Shown: positions 10,883 through 19,488 of the stretch, in pieces | How the letters are laid out: the number at the start of each line of letters is the position of its first letter | Position numbering within the stretch: the stretch's first letter is position 1 | Source: Candidatus Latescibacterota bacterium | Lineage (GTDB): Bacteria; Latescibacterota; UBA2968; UBA8231 | Assembly: GCA_965205655.1 (NCBI GenBank) | Contig: CBDBIJ010000121.1 | Span: forward strand, 1-48,424 | DNA: 48,424 bases | Direction of reading: 5' to 3' | Notes under the pieces: model-generated | What the model was told of the DNA's origin: nothing | The model's input: the letters and a program-made list of their open reading frames with translations, nothing else | Database searches by the model: none | Translations under genes and position numbers: made by a program

Positions 10883-11828
10883 GTGGACCCTCTAATGTGT
10901 CCAAGAAAACCCTGGGGCGCTGGAACACCGACCGCACGGGGATCTCTCCGGCCGATGTGGCGCTGTGGGATTTTGCCGGCAAGGTCTACGACGCGCCGAT
11001 TCACCAGCTTCTGGGGGGATGGCGCGAGAAGATACCGGCCTATGCCTCGACTTATCACGGTGACGACAACGACGGCCTCAGCACACCCGGGCAATTCGCC
11101 GATTTTGCCGAACAGTGCCTGGAGATCGGCTACAAGGCTTTCAAGATCCACGGCTGGGGCAACGGTCCGATGAAACGGGAAGTGGAGAATGTGCTGGAGA
11201 TGGGCAAGCGGGTGGGGGACCGCATGGACCTGATGATCGACCCGGCATGCGAATACGAAACCTGGGCTGATGCCCTGCGCATCGGCCGCGCCTGCGACGA
11301 AGCGGAGTTCTTCTGGCTGGAAGATCCGTACAAGGACGGCGGGGTCTCAATCTTCGCCCACCGCAAGCTCGGCAAGATGATCAAAACGCCTATTCTGCAG
11401 ACGGAGCACATCTTCGGCCTCGAGCAGCACGTCGACTTCATCGTTCACGAGGGCACCGACTTCGTGCGCGTCGGAGTCTATGAGGATGGCGGCATCACGG
11501 GCGCCATGAAAGTAGCCCGCGCCGCAGAGGGTTTCGGATTGGACGTTGAATTCCACGGCGGCGGGCTGGCACACCGGCACTGCATCGCCGCTATCCGCAA
11601 CACGAACTACTACGAGCTCGGACTACTGCACCCTCTGGTCAAAAAGACCAAGGCGCCGATTCTGCCGACCGACTTCACCGACGAGCTGGAGAACGTGGAC
11701 GGCGATGGCTGCGTGCCGGTGCCCGGTGGCCCAGGGCTGGGGGTAGAGCTCGACTGGGACTACATCGACAAGAGCAAGACGGGAGAGCAGGTGTTCGAGT
11801 AACACCGCGCGACGATATCGAGGCGTAT

Positions 11829-12542
11829 ATGAGTTCTGAACTACTGATCCTGGCGGGAACCACGGCATCTATCGGGTTCCTACACACACAGTTGGGACCC
11901 GATCACTATTTACCTTTCATTGTGATGGCGCGGTCCGGCAGATGGTCATTCTACAAAACACTGTGGGTAACAATCTTGTGCGGTACGGGTCACGTGGCGG
12001 GTTCCTTGTTGCTGGGTATCACGGGTATTACGTTCGGCATTGCCGTGACCAAACTGGATGCACTGGAATCTTTTCGAGGCGATTTCGCGGCATGGGCCCT
12101 TATTGCCTTCGGCCTGCTATATGCCTGTTGGGGACTACGACGTGCGTCGAGGAATCGACCGCATGAACATTTGCACGTTCATGCAGACGGGAATCAGCAC
12201 AGTCATTCCCATATTCATACAAACAGGCATGCTCATGTGCACGGGGAAGATGGGCCTCGGAAGGCTACGCCGTGGGTACTCTTTTCGATTTTCGTTTTTG
12301 GGCCGTGCGAACCATTGATTCCCTTGCTGATGTACCCAGCCGCCAAGAATTCTCTTGGGGGACTAACGTTGGTTGCCGGCATTTTTTATGCCGTGACGCT
12401 TGTAACTATGTTAGGCATCGTCTTCATTTCGACCATGGGCGTCAACCTCGTGCCGCTGACTCGAATGGAACGATACGCTCATGTTCTCGCAGGCGGTTCG
12501 ATATGTTTATGCGGATTGTCGATCAAGATTTTCGGAGTATGA
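11829..12542 (+). CDS. Nickel/cobalt transporter-like membrane protein (NicO/UreH/RcnA-like)
   Basis: GFLHT.LGPDH TM1 motif, GHV.GS, His-rich cytoplasmic loop (HEHLHVH...HSHSHIH...HAHVH), GPCE motif. Confidence 0.75.
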   Translation: MSSELLILAGTTASIGFLHTQLGPDHYLPFIVMARSGRWSFYKTLWVTILCGTGHVAGSLLLGITGITFGIAVTKLDALESFRGDFAAWALIAFGLLYACWGLRRASRNRPHEHLHVHADGNQHSHSHIHTNRHAHVHGEDGPRKATPWVLFSIFVFGPCEPLIPLLMYPAAKNSLGGLTLVAGIFYAVTLVTMLGIVFISTMGVNLVPLTRMERYAHVLAGGSICLCGLSIKIFGV

Positions 12543-12565
12543 CGCAGAGAAAGGAGCTTGGCCAT

Positions 12566-13072
12566 ATGGCCAATGCTGATATTCTTCGACCGGCGGAAGG
12601 CATCCAGATTATCGACGTCATCACGGACCAGTTCGGCGTGGACACGCTCGAGGGCCGTGTTGGCCCCTTGATACAGGGTGAAGAGGGCCAGGCGATCTAC
12701 CTGGACATGCCCGCCGGGCTGTACTGCGAGAAACACCCCCACCCGCACGAGTCTATAACCTATACTGTGCGCGGTCGATGGGTCTTGTGCTCGGACGGCA
12801 AGCGTCACCTGATGGAGCCCGGGAGTCTTTTCTGGTTTGGTGCAAATATCGAGACGGGCTATGAAGTGCCATTTGACGAACCGGCGTATATCCTGTGTTT
12901 CGGGTGCCACTTTGGCCCCGCCGACCAATTCGTCGACTACTTGCAGAATTCGCTCCAGACGGACAGTATCGACAAGCACGAAGCGGGCAAGCCGTACTTG
13001 CTTACGGAACTGTCCGACGATCACCCGGCTCGAATTTTCGCGCGATCTGTCAATCCTGCAGGGGGCTTCTAG
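12566..13072 (+). CDS. Cupin domain protein
   Basis: HPHPHESITYTVRGRW and PGSLFWF cupin motifs; AAGGAG RBS at 12551-12556 before ATG 12566. Confidence 0.8.
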   Translation: MANADILRPAEGIQIIDVITDQFGVDTLEGRVGPLIQGEEGQAIYLDMPAGLYCEKHPHPHESITYTVRGRWVLCSDGKRHLMEPGSLFWFGANIETGYEVPFDEPAYILCFGCHFGPADQFVDYLQNSLQTDSIDKHEAGKPYLLTELSDDHPARIFARSVNPAGGF

Positions 13073-14088
13073 TTCTGGTTGATCAATCCCTCCAGGATCC
13101 CGCTTACTGGAGCGATGTCCTCAACGCGTCCGTCTCAGGCTGCCGGGCCGAGAAGCTGGACCGGGGCTACAGCCCCAGCATTATCAATCGCCTGCACCTC
13201 GAATACGCCTCCCCGCCTGTTGGCCCCCCCTCTGTAATCTGCAAGGATTCCCGTGCTCCCTGGTCGACCACGGATCCGGACGGCTTGCATCGGGAGTGGT
13301 TTGTGTATTCGGAATGTCTGCCCCACCTGTCGATTGTCGGTCCGGCTTTGCTTCACACCGAACACTCTACGGAAGCAAACCGGCTGGTGCTAGCCGACCT
13401 TGACATCGACCACTACTTCCTTCGGGCAGAGCACGTCTGGACGCATGAAGAGTTGAGGCGCACCCTCGAGACCCTGGCGCTGCTACACGTTTCGGCCGAG
13501 TCACTGCCCCTGGAAAAGTCCTCTTTGTTGATGCCAGCGCCTGATCGGCGCTGGACAAATGACGCTATACAGAGCGCCGTCCGCATCCTGGCTGATGATC
13601 GCGTTTATGGACACCAGGGCCGCCGCCTGCTTCCCGTGGTCGAGCTTCTCCTCAAACGCAAAGCGGATCAATTCAGTGTTTGGCAGCAAGCGTCATCTAC
13701 CCTGCTGCACAGCGATTTCAACTGCTCGAATGTGGCCCTGCCACGTGCAGGAGGGGGCTCGGCTCGGCTGATTGACTGGCACATTGCCGCCTGTGGCATG
13801 ACGGCTTTCGAGATTGCTTCTCTCTTCTTCCAGCCTTATCACAACCACCGAAACCTGGACCGGCGCGCAGTAGTGGGAGACTACCTCGAAGCGCGGCAAA
13901 AACTGGGCGGGGTGCCGGTTGACCCGGACGAAGAGTGGGATGCTTTTTGCTATGCCACTGCCGGCGACGGCCTGAGCTACCTGCCGCCGGTGGCCGGACA
14001 GTTGCAGAGCACGGGAGCCCTGCAGGGGTGGTGGAGCAACATGCTGGCTGCCATCGTGGAGAATCTGACCTGGTGCGCGTCCTTATGA
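13069..14088 (+). CDS. Aminoglycoside/choline kinase-like phosphotransferase (APH fold); start codon uncertain
   Basis: SVICKD, LHRE..VY, LLHSDFNCSNV (Brenner motif), RLIDW. No clear ATG/GTG/TTG just after the cupin stop. Confidence 0.72.
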   Translation, partial: LVLVDQSLQDPAYWSDVLNASVSGCRAEKLDRGYSPSIINRLHLEYASPPVGPPSVICKDSRAPWSTTDPDGLHREWFVYSECLPHLSIVGPALLHTEHSTEANRLVLADLDIDHYFLRAEHVWTHEELRRTLETLALLHVSAESLPLEKSSLLMPAPDRRWTNDAIQSAVRILADDRVYGHQGRRLLPVVELLLKRKADQFSVWQQASSTLLHSDFNCSNVALPRAGGGSARLIDWHIAACGMTAFEIASLFFQPYHNHRNLDRRAVVGDYLEARQKLGGVPVDPDEEWDAFCYATAGDGLSYLPPVAGQLQSTGALQGWWSNMLAAIVENLTWCASL

Positions 14089-15050
14089 AGGCATCAGATT
14101 TTGAAGTCCCGGACTTCCCAGAGCGATTCCTGCGGTATGCAACCGATGAATTTGGAGAAAAGGGCAAAGCGTGGCTCGAGAAACTGCCGGACATTCTCCG
14201 GCGGTGCTGCGCAAAGTGGGACCTGACGCTCGGGTCGCCAACCGAAGAGATCAAGGTGAACTACATCGGCTACGCTCGAGCGGCGAGCGGAGAAGAGGTG
14301 GTGTTGAAGGTCGGGGTGCCTCACCGCGATTTCAGCACCGAGATGGAAGCGCTGGTGATCTACCAGGGTAAGGGGATCAATCGTCTGATCGATTCGGACA
14401 CAGATCTGAATGCGATGCTACTCGAGAAGTTGCGTCCCGGGACGATGCTGGCGGAGCTGAATGACTGGCGTGAGCAGAGCCAGGTCGCGGCACGGATCGT
14501 CAAGGATCTCCACAAGACCCCGCCGCCGTCAGAGCACACTTTGCCGCATTTCATGGACTGGATGCAGGGGGCGTTTCGCGACGCCAGAAACTGCAAGGAT
14601 CCCGTAAGAGCGCGACCCTATATCGAGCAGATCCCCCGGGTAGAATCGATCAGGGAACGACTGATGGCAGCAGAAGAGCCTCAGCTTCTATTGCACGGGG
14701 ATCTCCATCATTGGAACGTTCTGCTCGACGAGGAGCGCGGCTGGATGGCGATCGATCCGAAAGGGGTCATCGGGGCCTCATGCCTGGACGTGGGTCGATT
14801 CATAAACAACGCGATGGGCTTTGGGGAATCAGAGGGCGAGAGAAGAGAGATCGTGCTCAACGCGGTGAGGGTCTTCGGCGAGGTGCTGGGAGAAAACGAG
14901 GAGCGCATGTTCGCGGGCGCCTTCTGCGACAGGGTGATGGGATGCTCGTGGGGGCTGAAATACGAGCCCAAGGAGACCGATGCGAGCTCCCAAGAATCTT
15001 TGTCCCTGATGGTCGAAATCGGCCAGGACGTCGATCACGGGCGGCTGTGA
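14085..15050 (+). CDS. APH(6)/StrB-like aminoglycoside/hydroxyurea resistance kinase family protein
   Basis: GEKGKAWLEKLP...KWDL, VVLKVG, AMLLEKLRPG, LLHGDLHHWNVL, WMAIDPKG. ATGA overlap with the upstream kinase. Confidence 0.85.
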   Translation: MKASDFEVPDFPERFLRYATDEFGEKGKAWLEKLPDILRRCCAKWDLTLGSPTEEIKVNYIGYARAASGEEVVLKVGVPHRDFSTEMEALVIYQGKGINRLIDSDTDLNAMLLEKLRPGTMLAELNDWREQSQVAARIVKDLHKTPPPSEHTLPHFMDWMQGAFRDARNCKDPVRARPYIEQIPRVESIRERLMAAEEPQLLLHGDLHHWNVLLDEERGWMAIDPKGVIGASCLDVGRFINNAMGFGESEGERREIVLNAVRVFGEVLGENEERMFAGAFCDRVMGCSWGLKYEPKETDASSQESLSLMVEIGQDVDHGRL

Positions 15051-15368
15051 TGACGTCATGTTGGCTTGTCCATCACGTTGGCCTCGTAATACTCGTCGGA
15101 GTAGCCGGCTGCGGCGAAGCCTCTGGTGGCGTCGGTCCACTGACTGTAGAAGGTGCGCACCTCGGCGTCCGTGTGCTCGGCCAGGCGTCTGGGCAGCATG
15201 ACCCAGTTGGTGAGTGGAGCGCTCTGCTCGCGACTGAAGTAATTGTGCTGCGTGAGGCGGCGACCCTCGCCGGGCATGCGGGTGTGCTGGATGCAGATGT
15301 TGTAGAGCACGACCGTTCCAGCCGGCCCGCGAATGGGGATCACGCGAAAGGCTCCGCGAGTTCAACCG

Positions 15369-15402
15369 GTCAACGCAACACCTTCGTCAACGCAACACCT
15401 TC
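15369..15402. repeat. 17-bp tandem duplication at the IS30 right end (copy 1)
   Basis: GTCAACGCAACACCTTC twice. Confidence 0.9.
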
Positions 15403-16548
15403 ATTGAAGCGTTCTGCGGGTGAAACGAACCCCAACGTCTTCCGCGGGCGCTGGTTCAGTTGAAGAGCGACTCTGTTCAGGTCGGCTTGGGAGAATGGCG
15501 ACAGATCGGTCTTCCTCGGGAAGTACTGTCGAAGAAGGCGATTCGTGTTCTCATTTGTGCCTCGTTGCCAGGGACTCTGAGGATCACAGAAATACACCTC
15601 GACGTCAGTTGCGATCGAGAACTCCTTGTGCCGAGCTAGCTCCATTCCTCGATCCCAGGTAAGGGACAACCGCACCGCGGAGGGGAGTCGTTTCACCTGG
15701 CTGATCAGCGCTCTGACAACGGTCTCGGTGTCTTTGCCGTTGAGCTTCACGAGCATCGTGAACCGAGACTGCCGCTCCACCAACGTGGCGATGTGCGTGT
15801 TGTTCGACCCCGAGATCAAGTCTCCCTCCCAGTGGCCGGGAACGGCGCGGTCCTCGATCTCGGCAGGCCGCTCGCTGATGGATACGGCGTCGACGATCCG
15901 GCCTCTCGGCTGATCGCGTGTGCTTGCCTTCTTGGATCGCCGCATCATCCTTCGCGTCCGCAGATGCGCAATGAGGTCCTTGTTGAGTGCCCCGCGTGCC
16001 TGGATGAAGAGAGTTCGATAGATCGTTTCGTGGGATATCTGCATATTTCCTAAAAGCGCATACTCCCGCTTCAGCCATCCCGATATCTGCTCAGGTGACC
16101 ACTTCAGGCGTAGCTTGTCCGCCACGACTCGCCGCAAACGAAGATTGGATGCGAGTCGGCAGCATTTCGGCCGGCTGGCGCGCGTCCAGGCTGCTTGGTC
16201 GGCGACGTTTGCTCGGTACCTTTGCCGCCCGCCATTGCGGGCAATCTCTCGGCTAACCGTCGAGGGTGCACGCTCAACAGCGGCCGCAATTATTCGTATC
16301 GATTTTCCCGCAGCGATACCTCGAGAGATCTCTTCACGCTCTTCCCAGGCAAGAGCCCATCGAGAGCGTCGACGCGGCATTGGTACGATGCCCCCATTGG
16401 CGGTGATGACACCATGAATCGACGCCGGATGCTTCCCGAGCGCCCGACCAATATCGCTATGCGACTGGCCGCTCTTCCATCGACGCCATACCTCCAACTT
16501 CTGTGACGCGGACAATCCTGGTCGTCCCATCTGAGCCATGTGCAACAT
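15370..16548 (-). CDS. IS30-family transposase
   Basis: EREEISR..HTH, WSPEQIS, SHETIY, GHWEGDL, TWDRGME, PWQRGTNENTNRLLRQYFP. Confidence 0.95.
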   Translation of the reverse strand: MLHMAQMGRPGLSASQKLEVWRRWKSGQSHSDIGRALGKHPASIHGVITANGGIVPMPRRRSRWALAWEEREEISRGIAAGKSIRIIAAAVERAPSTVSREIARNGGRQRYRANVADQAAWTRASRPKCCRLASNLRLRRVVADKLRLKWSPEQISGWLKREYALLGNMQISHETIYRTLFIQARGALNKDLIAHLRTRRMMRRSKKASTRDQPRGRIVDAVSISERPAEIEDRAVPGHWEGDLISGSNNTHIATLVERQSRFTMLVKLNGKDTETVVRALISQVKRLPSAVRLSLTWDRGMELARHKEFSIATDVEVYFCDPQSPWQRGTNENTNRLLRQYFPRKTDLSPFSQADLNRVALQLNQRPRKTLGFVSPAERFNEGVALTKVLR

Positions 16549-16874
16549 CTCCTATGATTAGATTAGTGCGGAGAATGTTGCATTGACCGATTGAATATAC
16601 CTCACCCATCTTCTCCTTTGCTTCATCGAGACTGTCGTACCGGTGACTGTTTGGCACGAGGCCGAAGCAAGGCTGATCCTCGCCGACGTCGAACAGGTAG
16701 TGAATGGCGCAGACGTAGGGGCAGTCGTAACGATTGTTGGGGTCGTCGTCAGTGCGCTGGGTGTACCCCCGGTCTTTGTGCCAGCGCAATTCTGGCCGAG
16801 CTATAATCAGAAGGTGTGGAAATAGACAGACGGCTGTAAAGCCCTGGGTTTCTGGACACTGATTTGGCGGATGG

Positions 16875-17783
16875 TCAGGCCGCCTTGGACAACTCCTGCT
16901 GGAAACTCCGGCGCACCTGGTTTGGCGTCTGATAGTTGTGTCGCTCGAGGAGCCACTTCTCGTTGTAGACTCTCTTGAATTCGAGCAGGGCAAGACGGAG
17001 CTCTTCGACCGTGGCAAAGTATCGGACCCACAGGAGATTCTCCTTGAGGGTGCGGATGAATCGCTCGGAGCAGCCATTGCCCTCCGGGGCACGCACGAAG
17101 CTGGGCGACGACTCGATGCCCAGGAAGTCGATCTGTTTCTGGAAGTGGTCGGACATGTACGCAGAGCCATGATCGTGGCGCAGCTGCAGCCCCCCGGCGA
17201 TACCCTTGTCGCCGCCGCCGAAGTGTTCGCGGACTCCCTGGTGGATCGGCTCCAGGGCCTCGAAACGGTCGCCTGTGGCCGCTGCATGAATGCCGATGCA
17301 CTCCGAGCTGCAGTGGTCGACAGCCACGAAGACCGTAGCTGTGCCTTCGCCGGTGGTCACGGTGGTGGTCAAGTCGGTTCCCCACATCTGGTCTGGTCGA
17401 TCGGTGGTGATCGTCCCGTCGTGTGCTTGCGGGCCCCTTGGCTGGCCGGCGCGTTGCGGCACCTGCAGGCCGTGCTCGCGCATCACACGGCGTACGCGTT
17501 CCTTCGAGGTGCGGATGTCCTGCGCCCGCAGCTGGGCCCACATCTTGCGGTAGCCTTCCCCGTGAAAGGGGGACGCCTTCAGCAACTCGCGAATCTTCTC
17601 AGCTAGCTCATCGTCGGTACACGGCCCTTGGGGACCTCGTTTCTTCCGCTCAAGACGCTCCTCCGGACGCAGAGCCGCCCGACGCCGATGCTCGTGGACG
17701 GTGGAGCGAGGAAACTGCCAGACCCGACACACACGCTGCAGCCTGTACGGCCGCTTCCTGGAGGGCGACTGGGTCTGGCTCAT
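16875..17783 (-). CDS. IS3-family OrfB DDE transposase, copy 2 (intact)
   Basis: GYRKMWAQL, WGTDLT, HDHGSAY and ERFIRTLKE integrase core. Confidence 0.9.
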   Translation of the reverse strand: MSQTQSPSRKRPYRLQRVCRVWQFPRSTVHEHRRRAALRPEERLERKKRGPQGPCTDDELAEKIRELLKASPFHGEGYRKMWAQLRAQDIRTSKERVRRVMREHGLQVPQRAGQPRGPQAHDGTITTDRPDQMWGTDLTTTVTTGEGTATVFVAVDHCSSECIGIHAAATGDRFEALEPIHQGVREHFGGGDKGIAGGLQLRHDHGSAYMSDHFQKQIDFLGIESSPSFVRAPEGNGCSERFIRTLKENLLWVRYFATVEELRLALLEFKRVYNEKWLLERHNYQTPNQVRRSFQQELSKAA

Positions 17784-18133
17784 CGCTTCGACCTCCGGGA
17801 TGCCAAAGGGAGTCCATCCTCCAGGCGATGGATCTTGGACTCCAGCAACTCGTTGTCCATCGTCAAATCCCCCACCTTCGCTTTCAGGCGGGCGATCTGT
17901 TCATCCCGCTCATCACGGGTACGGCTGTGCAGAGCTGACTCACCCCCACCCAGGAACTGCTCGCGCCACTCACTCAGCGTGGCTGCCATCACACCCAACT
18001 CCCGGGACAGGACCTCCAGGTCCTCCCCACGCAGCAGGCGCAACACCGCCTCCTGCTTTCGACGAGCGGAGAATCGGCCGACCCGAACACCCTTCTTCTG
18101 CTTAGTCATCTCAAACACTCCTTTCAGGTCCAT
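17780..18133 (-). CDS. IS3-family OrfA (HTH), copy 2
   Basis: Protein identical to 10529..10882. Confidence 0.85.
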   Translation of the reverse strand: MDLKGVFEMTKQKKGVRVGRFSARRKQEAVLRLLRGEDLEVLSRELGVMAATLSEWREQFLGGGESALHSRTRDERDEQIARLKAKVGDLTMDNELLESKIHRLEDGLPLASRRSKR

Positions 18134-18249
18134 GTGGACCCTCTAATGTGTCCAAGAAAACCCTGGGGCGCTGGAGGCGATCCTACCCTTCCTTTGTAAT
18201 TAGCCATCACAAACGCCGGGGCTATCCCGGCAGGAAGAGGAGAATCGCC

Positions 18250-19488
18250 ATGGCACAACCTAAGCCGAGCACGACGGAAATGTCCATGCCCACGTTCGAA
18301 ACGCTGGAAGAGTGGACACGCTCGCAGATTCAGTCGCTGATGCAGTCGGTTCTGGATGAAGAAGTCACCCATGCGCTGGGACGGTCACGGTACGAGCGAC
18401 AGGCACCGTTGGACGCAGCCGGCGGCTACCGCAATGGGTACGGGAAGCGGCGGCGACTGTCCTTGACCTCGGGCACGATCGAGGTGAAACGCCCTCGGGT
18501 GCGGGGTCTGGAAGAGCGATTTGAGAGTGCGGTACTGCCGCTGTTCGCCCGGCGCACCCAAGAAACAGGTCAGCTGCTGCCAGAGCTTTACCTGCACGGT
18601 TTGTCTCAGGGCGACTTCGAGCTGGCGCTGCGCGGCCTGCTGGGCAAGGGAGCGCCTTTGTCGGCGTCCTCGATCGCTCGTTTGCGTGAGAAGTGGATCG
18701 TCGAATACAACGCCTGGCGCAGCCGACGACTGGATGACCGCGAGCTCGTCTACGCCTGGGCGGACGGGATCTACGTCAAAGCCGGTCTTGAGAAGCAAAA
18801 AGCCGCTCTCCTGGTGGTCATCGGCGCGATGAGCGATGGGCGCAAAGAAGTCCTGACGATTGTCCCGGGCTATCGCGAATCGACAGAGTCGTGGGCGGGC
18901 GTACTGCGCGATCTGCGTGACCGCGGACTGAGCGTGGCGAAGTTGTTGGTGGCGGATGGGCACCTGGGTATCTGGGCGGCCCTGGCAGAGGTCTGGCCGG
19001 AGACGGCTGAACAGCGATGCTGGAATCACCGCATCCTGAACGTGCTGGATAAGCTGCCAAAACGCGTGCAGGTCGAAGGGCGGCACCTGCTGACACAGAT
19101 CCCGTACGCGCCGACCCGTCAGGAAGCGACGAAACGTCGCGATCAATTCGCCAAACGGTTTCGCCGCGAGTGTCCAGACGCCGTCGATATCCTCGAGCGC
19201 GATTGGGACCGTATGGTGACATTCTACGACTTTCCCGAGGCCCACTGGCAACACCTGCGCACCACCAACGTCGTCGAAAGTCCCTTCGCTTCGGTACGGT
19301 TGCGAACCAATGCGGCCAAACGATACAGGAAGGTGGCCAATGCCACCGCCCTCATTTGGCGGGTACTGATGGTGGCCGAGAAACGATTCCGGCGACTCAA
19401 TGCACCGCATCTCATGGCTGACGTCTACGCCGGGGAGTGCTACGAAAACGGATCACCCATCGCGCAAAGGAAGAAGATCGCCGCCTGA
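18250..19488 (+). CDS. IS256-family (Mutator) transposase
   Basis: YRNGY, LYLHGLS, WADGIY, LVADG, QRCWNH, LRTTNVVES. GAGGAG RBS before ATG 18250. Confidence 0.93.
   Translation: MAQPKPSTTEMSMPTFETLEEWTRSQIQSLMQSVLDEEVTHALGRSRYERQAPLDAAGGYRNGYGKRRRLSLTSGTIEVKRPRVRGLEERFESAVLPLFARRTQETGQLLPELYLHGLSQGDFELALRGLLGKGAPLSASSIARLREKWIVEYNAWRSRRLDDRELVYAWADGIYVKAGLEKQKAALLVVIGAMSDGRKEVLTIVPGYRESTESWAGVLRDLRDRGLSVAKLLVADGHLGIWAALAEVWPETAEQRCWNHRILNVLDKLPKRVQVEGRHLLTQIPYAPTRQEATKRRDQFAKRFRRECPDAVDILERDWDRMVTFYDFPEAHWQHLRTTNVVESPFASVRLRTNAAKRYRKVANATALIWRVLMVAEKRFRRLNAPHLMADVYAGECYENGSPIAQRKKIAA

Larger units (their letters stand above)
9585..10924 (-). mobile_element. IS3-family insertion sequence, copy 1 (1340 bp)
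   Basis: Near-identical to 16835-18175. Imperfect terminal IRs (TGTAAAGCCCTGGGTTTCTGGACAC / TCCAGCGCCCCAGGGTTTTCTTGGACAC). 4-bp TSD ACAC at 9581-9584 and 10925-10928. Confidence 0.93.
9310..11802 (+). pseudogene. Mandelate racemase/muconate lactonizing enzyme (enolase superfamily) gene split by an IS3-family element
   Basis: 9310-9584 plus 10929-11802 rejoin in frame (382 aa; ...GLRH-T-DRTG...). DVALWD..GK, FKIH, MIDP, WLEDP, TEH and EFHG motifs. Confidence 0.9.
15354..16600 (-). mobile_element. IS30-family insertion sequence, copy 1 (about 1247 bp)
   Basis: IR cores TTCAATCGGTCAATGCAACA / TTCAACCGGTCAACGCAACA; 2-bp TSD CT at 15352-15353 and 16601-16602; near-identical to the copy at 34466-37149. 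Confidence 0.92.
16835..18175 (-). mobile_element. IS3-family insertion sequence, copy 2 (1341 bp)
   Basis: Same ends as copy 1; 3-bp TSD GGC at 16832-16834 and 18176-18178. Confidence 0.93.

Noticed and set aside
10897..10924. Outward-reading GTG (MSKKTLGRW) in the IS3 end, in frame with downstream genes at both insertions (also 18148)
   Set aside because: No convincing RBS, and two in-frame cases have a 1-in-9 chance. The enolase fragment would lack its N-terminal domain and the IS256 transposase has its own RBS and ATG.
12272..12565. N-terminal extensions of ORFs 12272..13072, 12895..14088, 13935..15050 and 8361..9275
   Set aside because: They overlap neighbouring genes or promoter gaps. 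Better RBS-linked or coupled starts exist downstream, except for the 12895 kinase, whose start remains unresolved.
9585..18175. Composite transposon formed by the two direct IS3 copies carrying the kinases and transporter
   Set aside because: Each copy has its own TSD and continuous target on both sides, so these are independent insertions.
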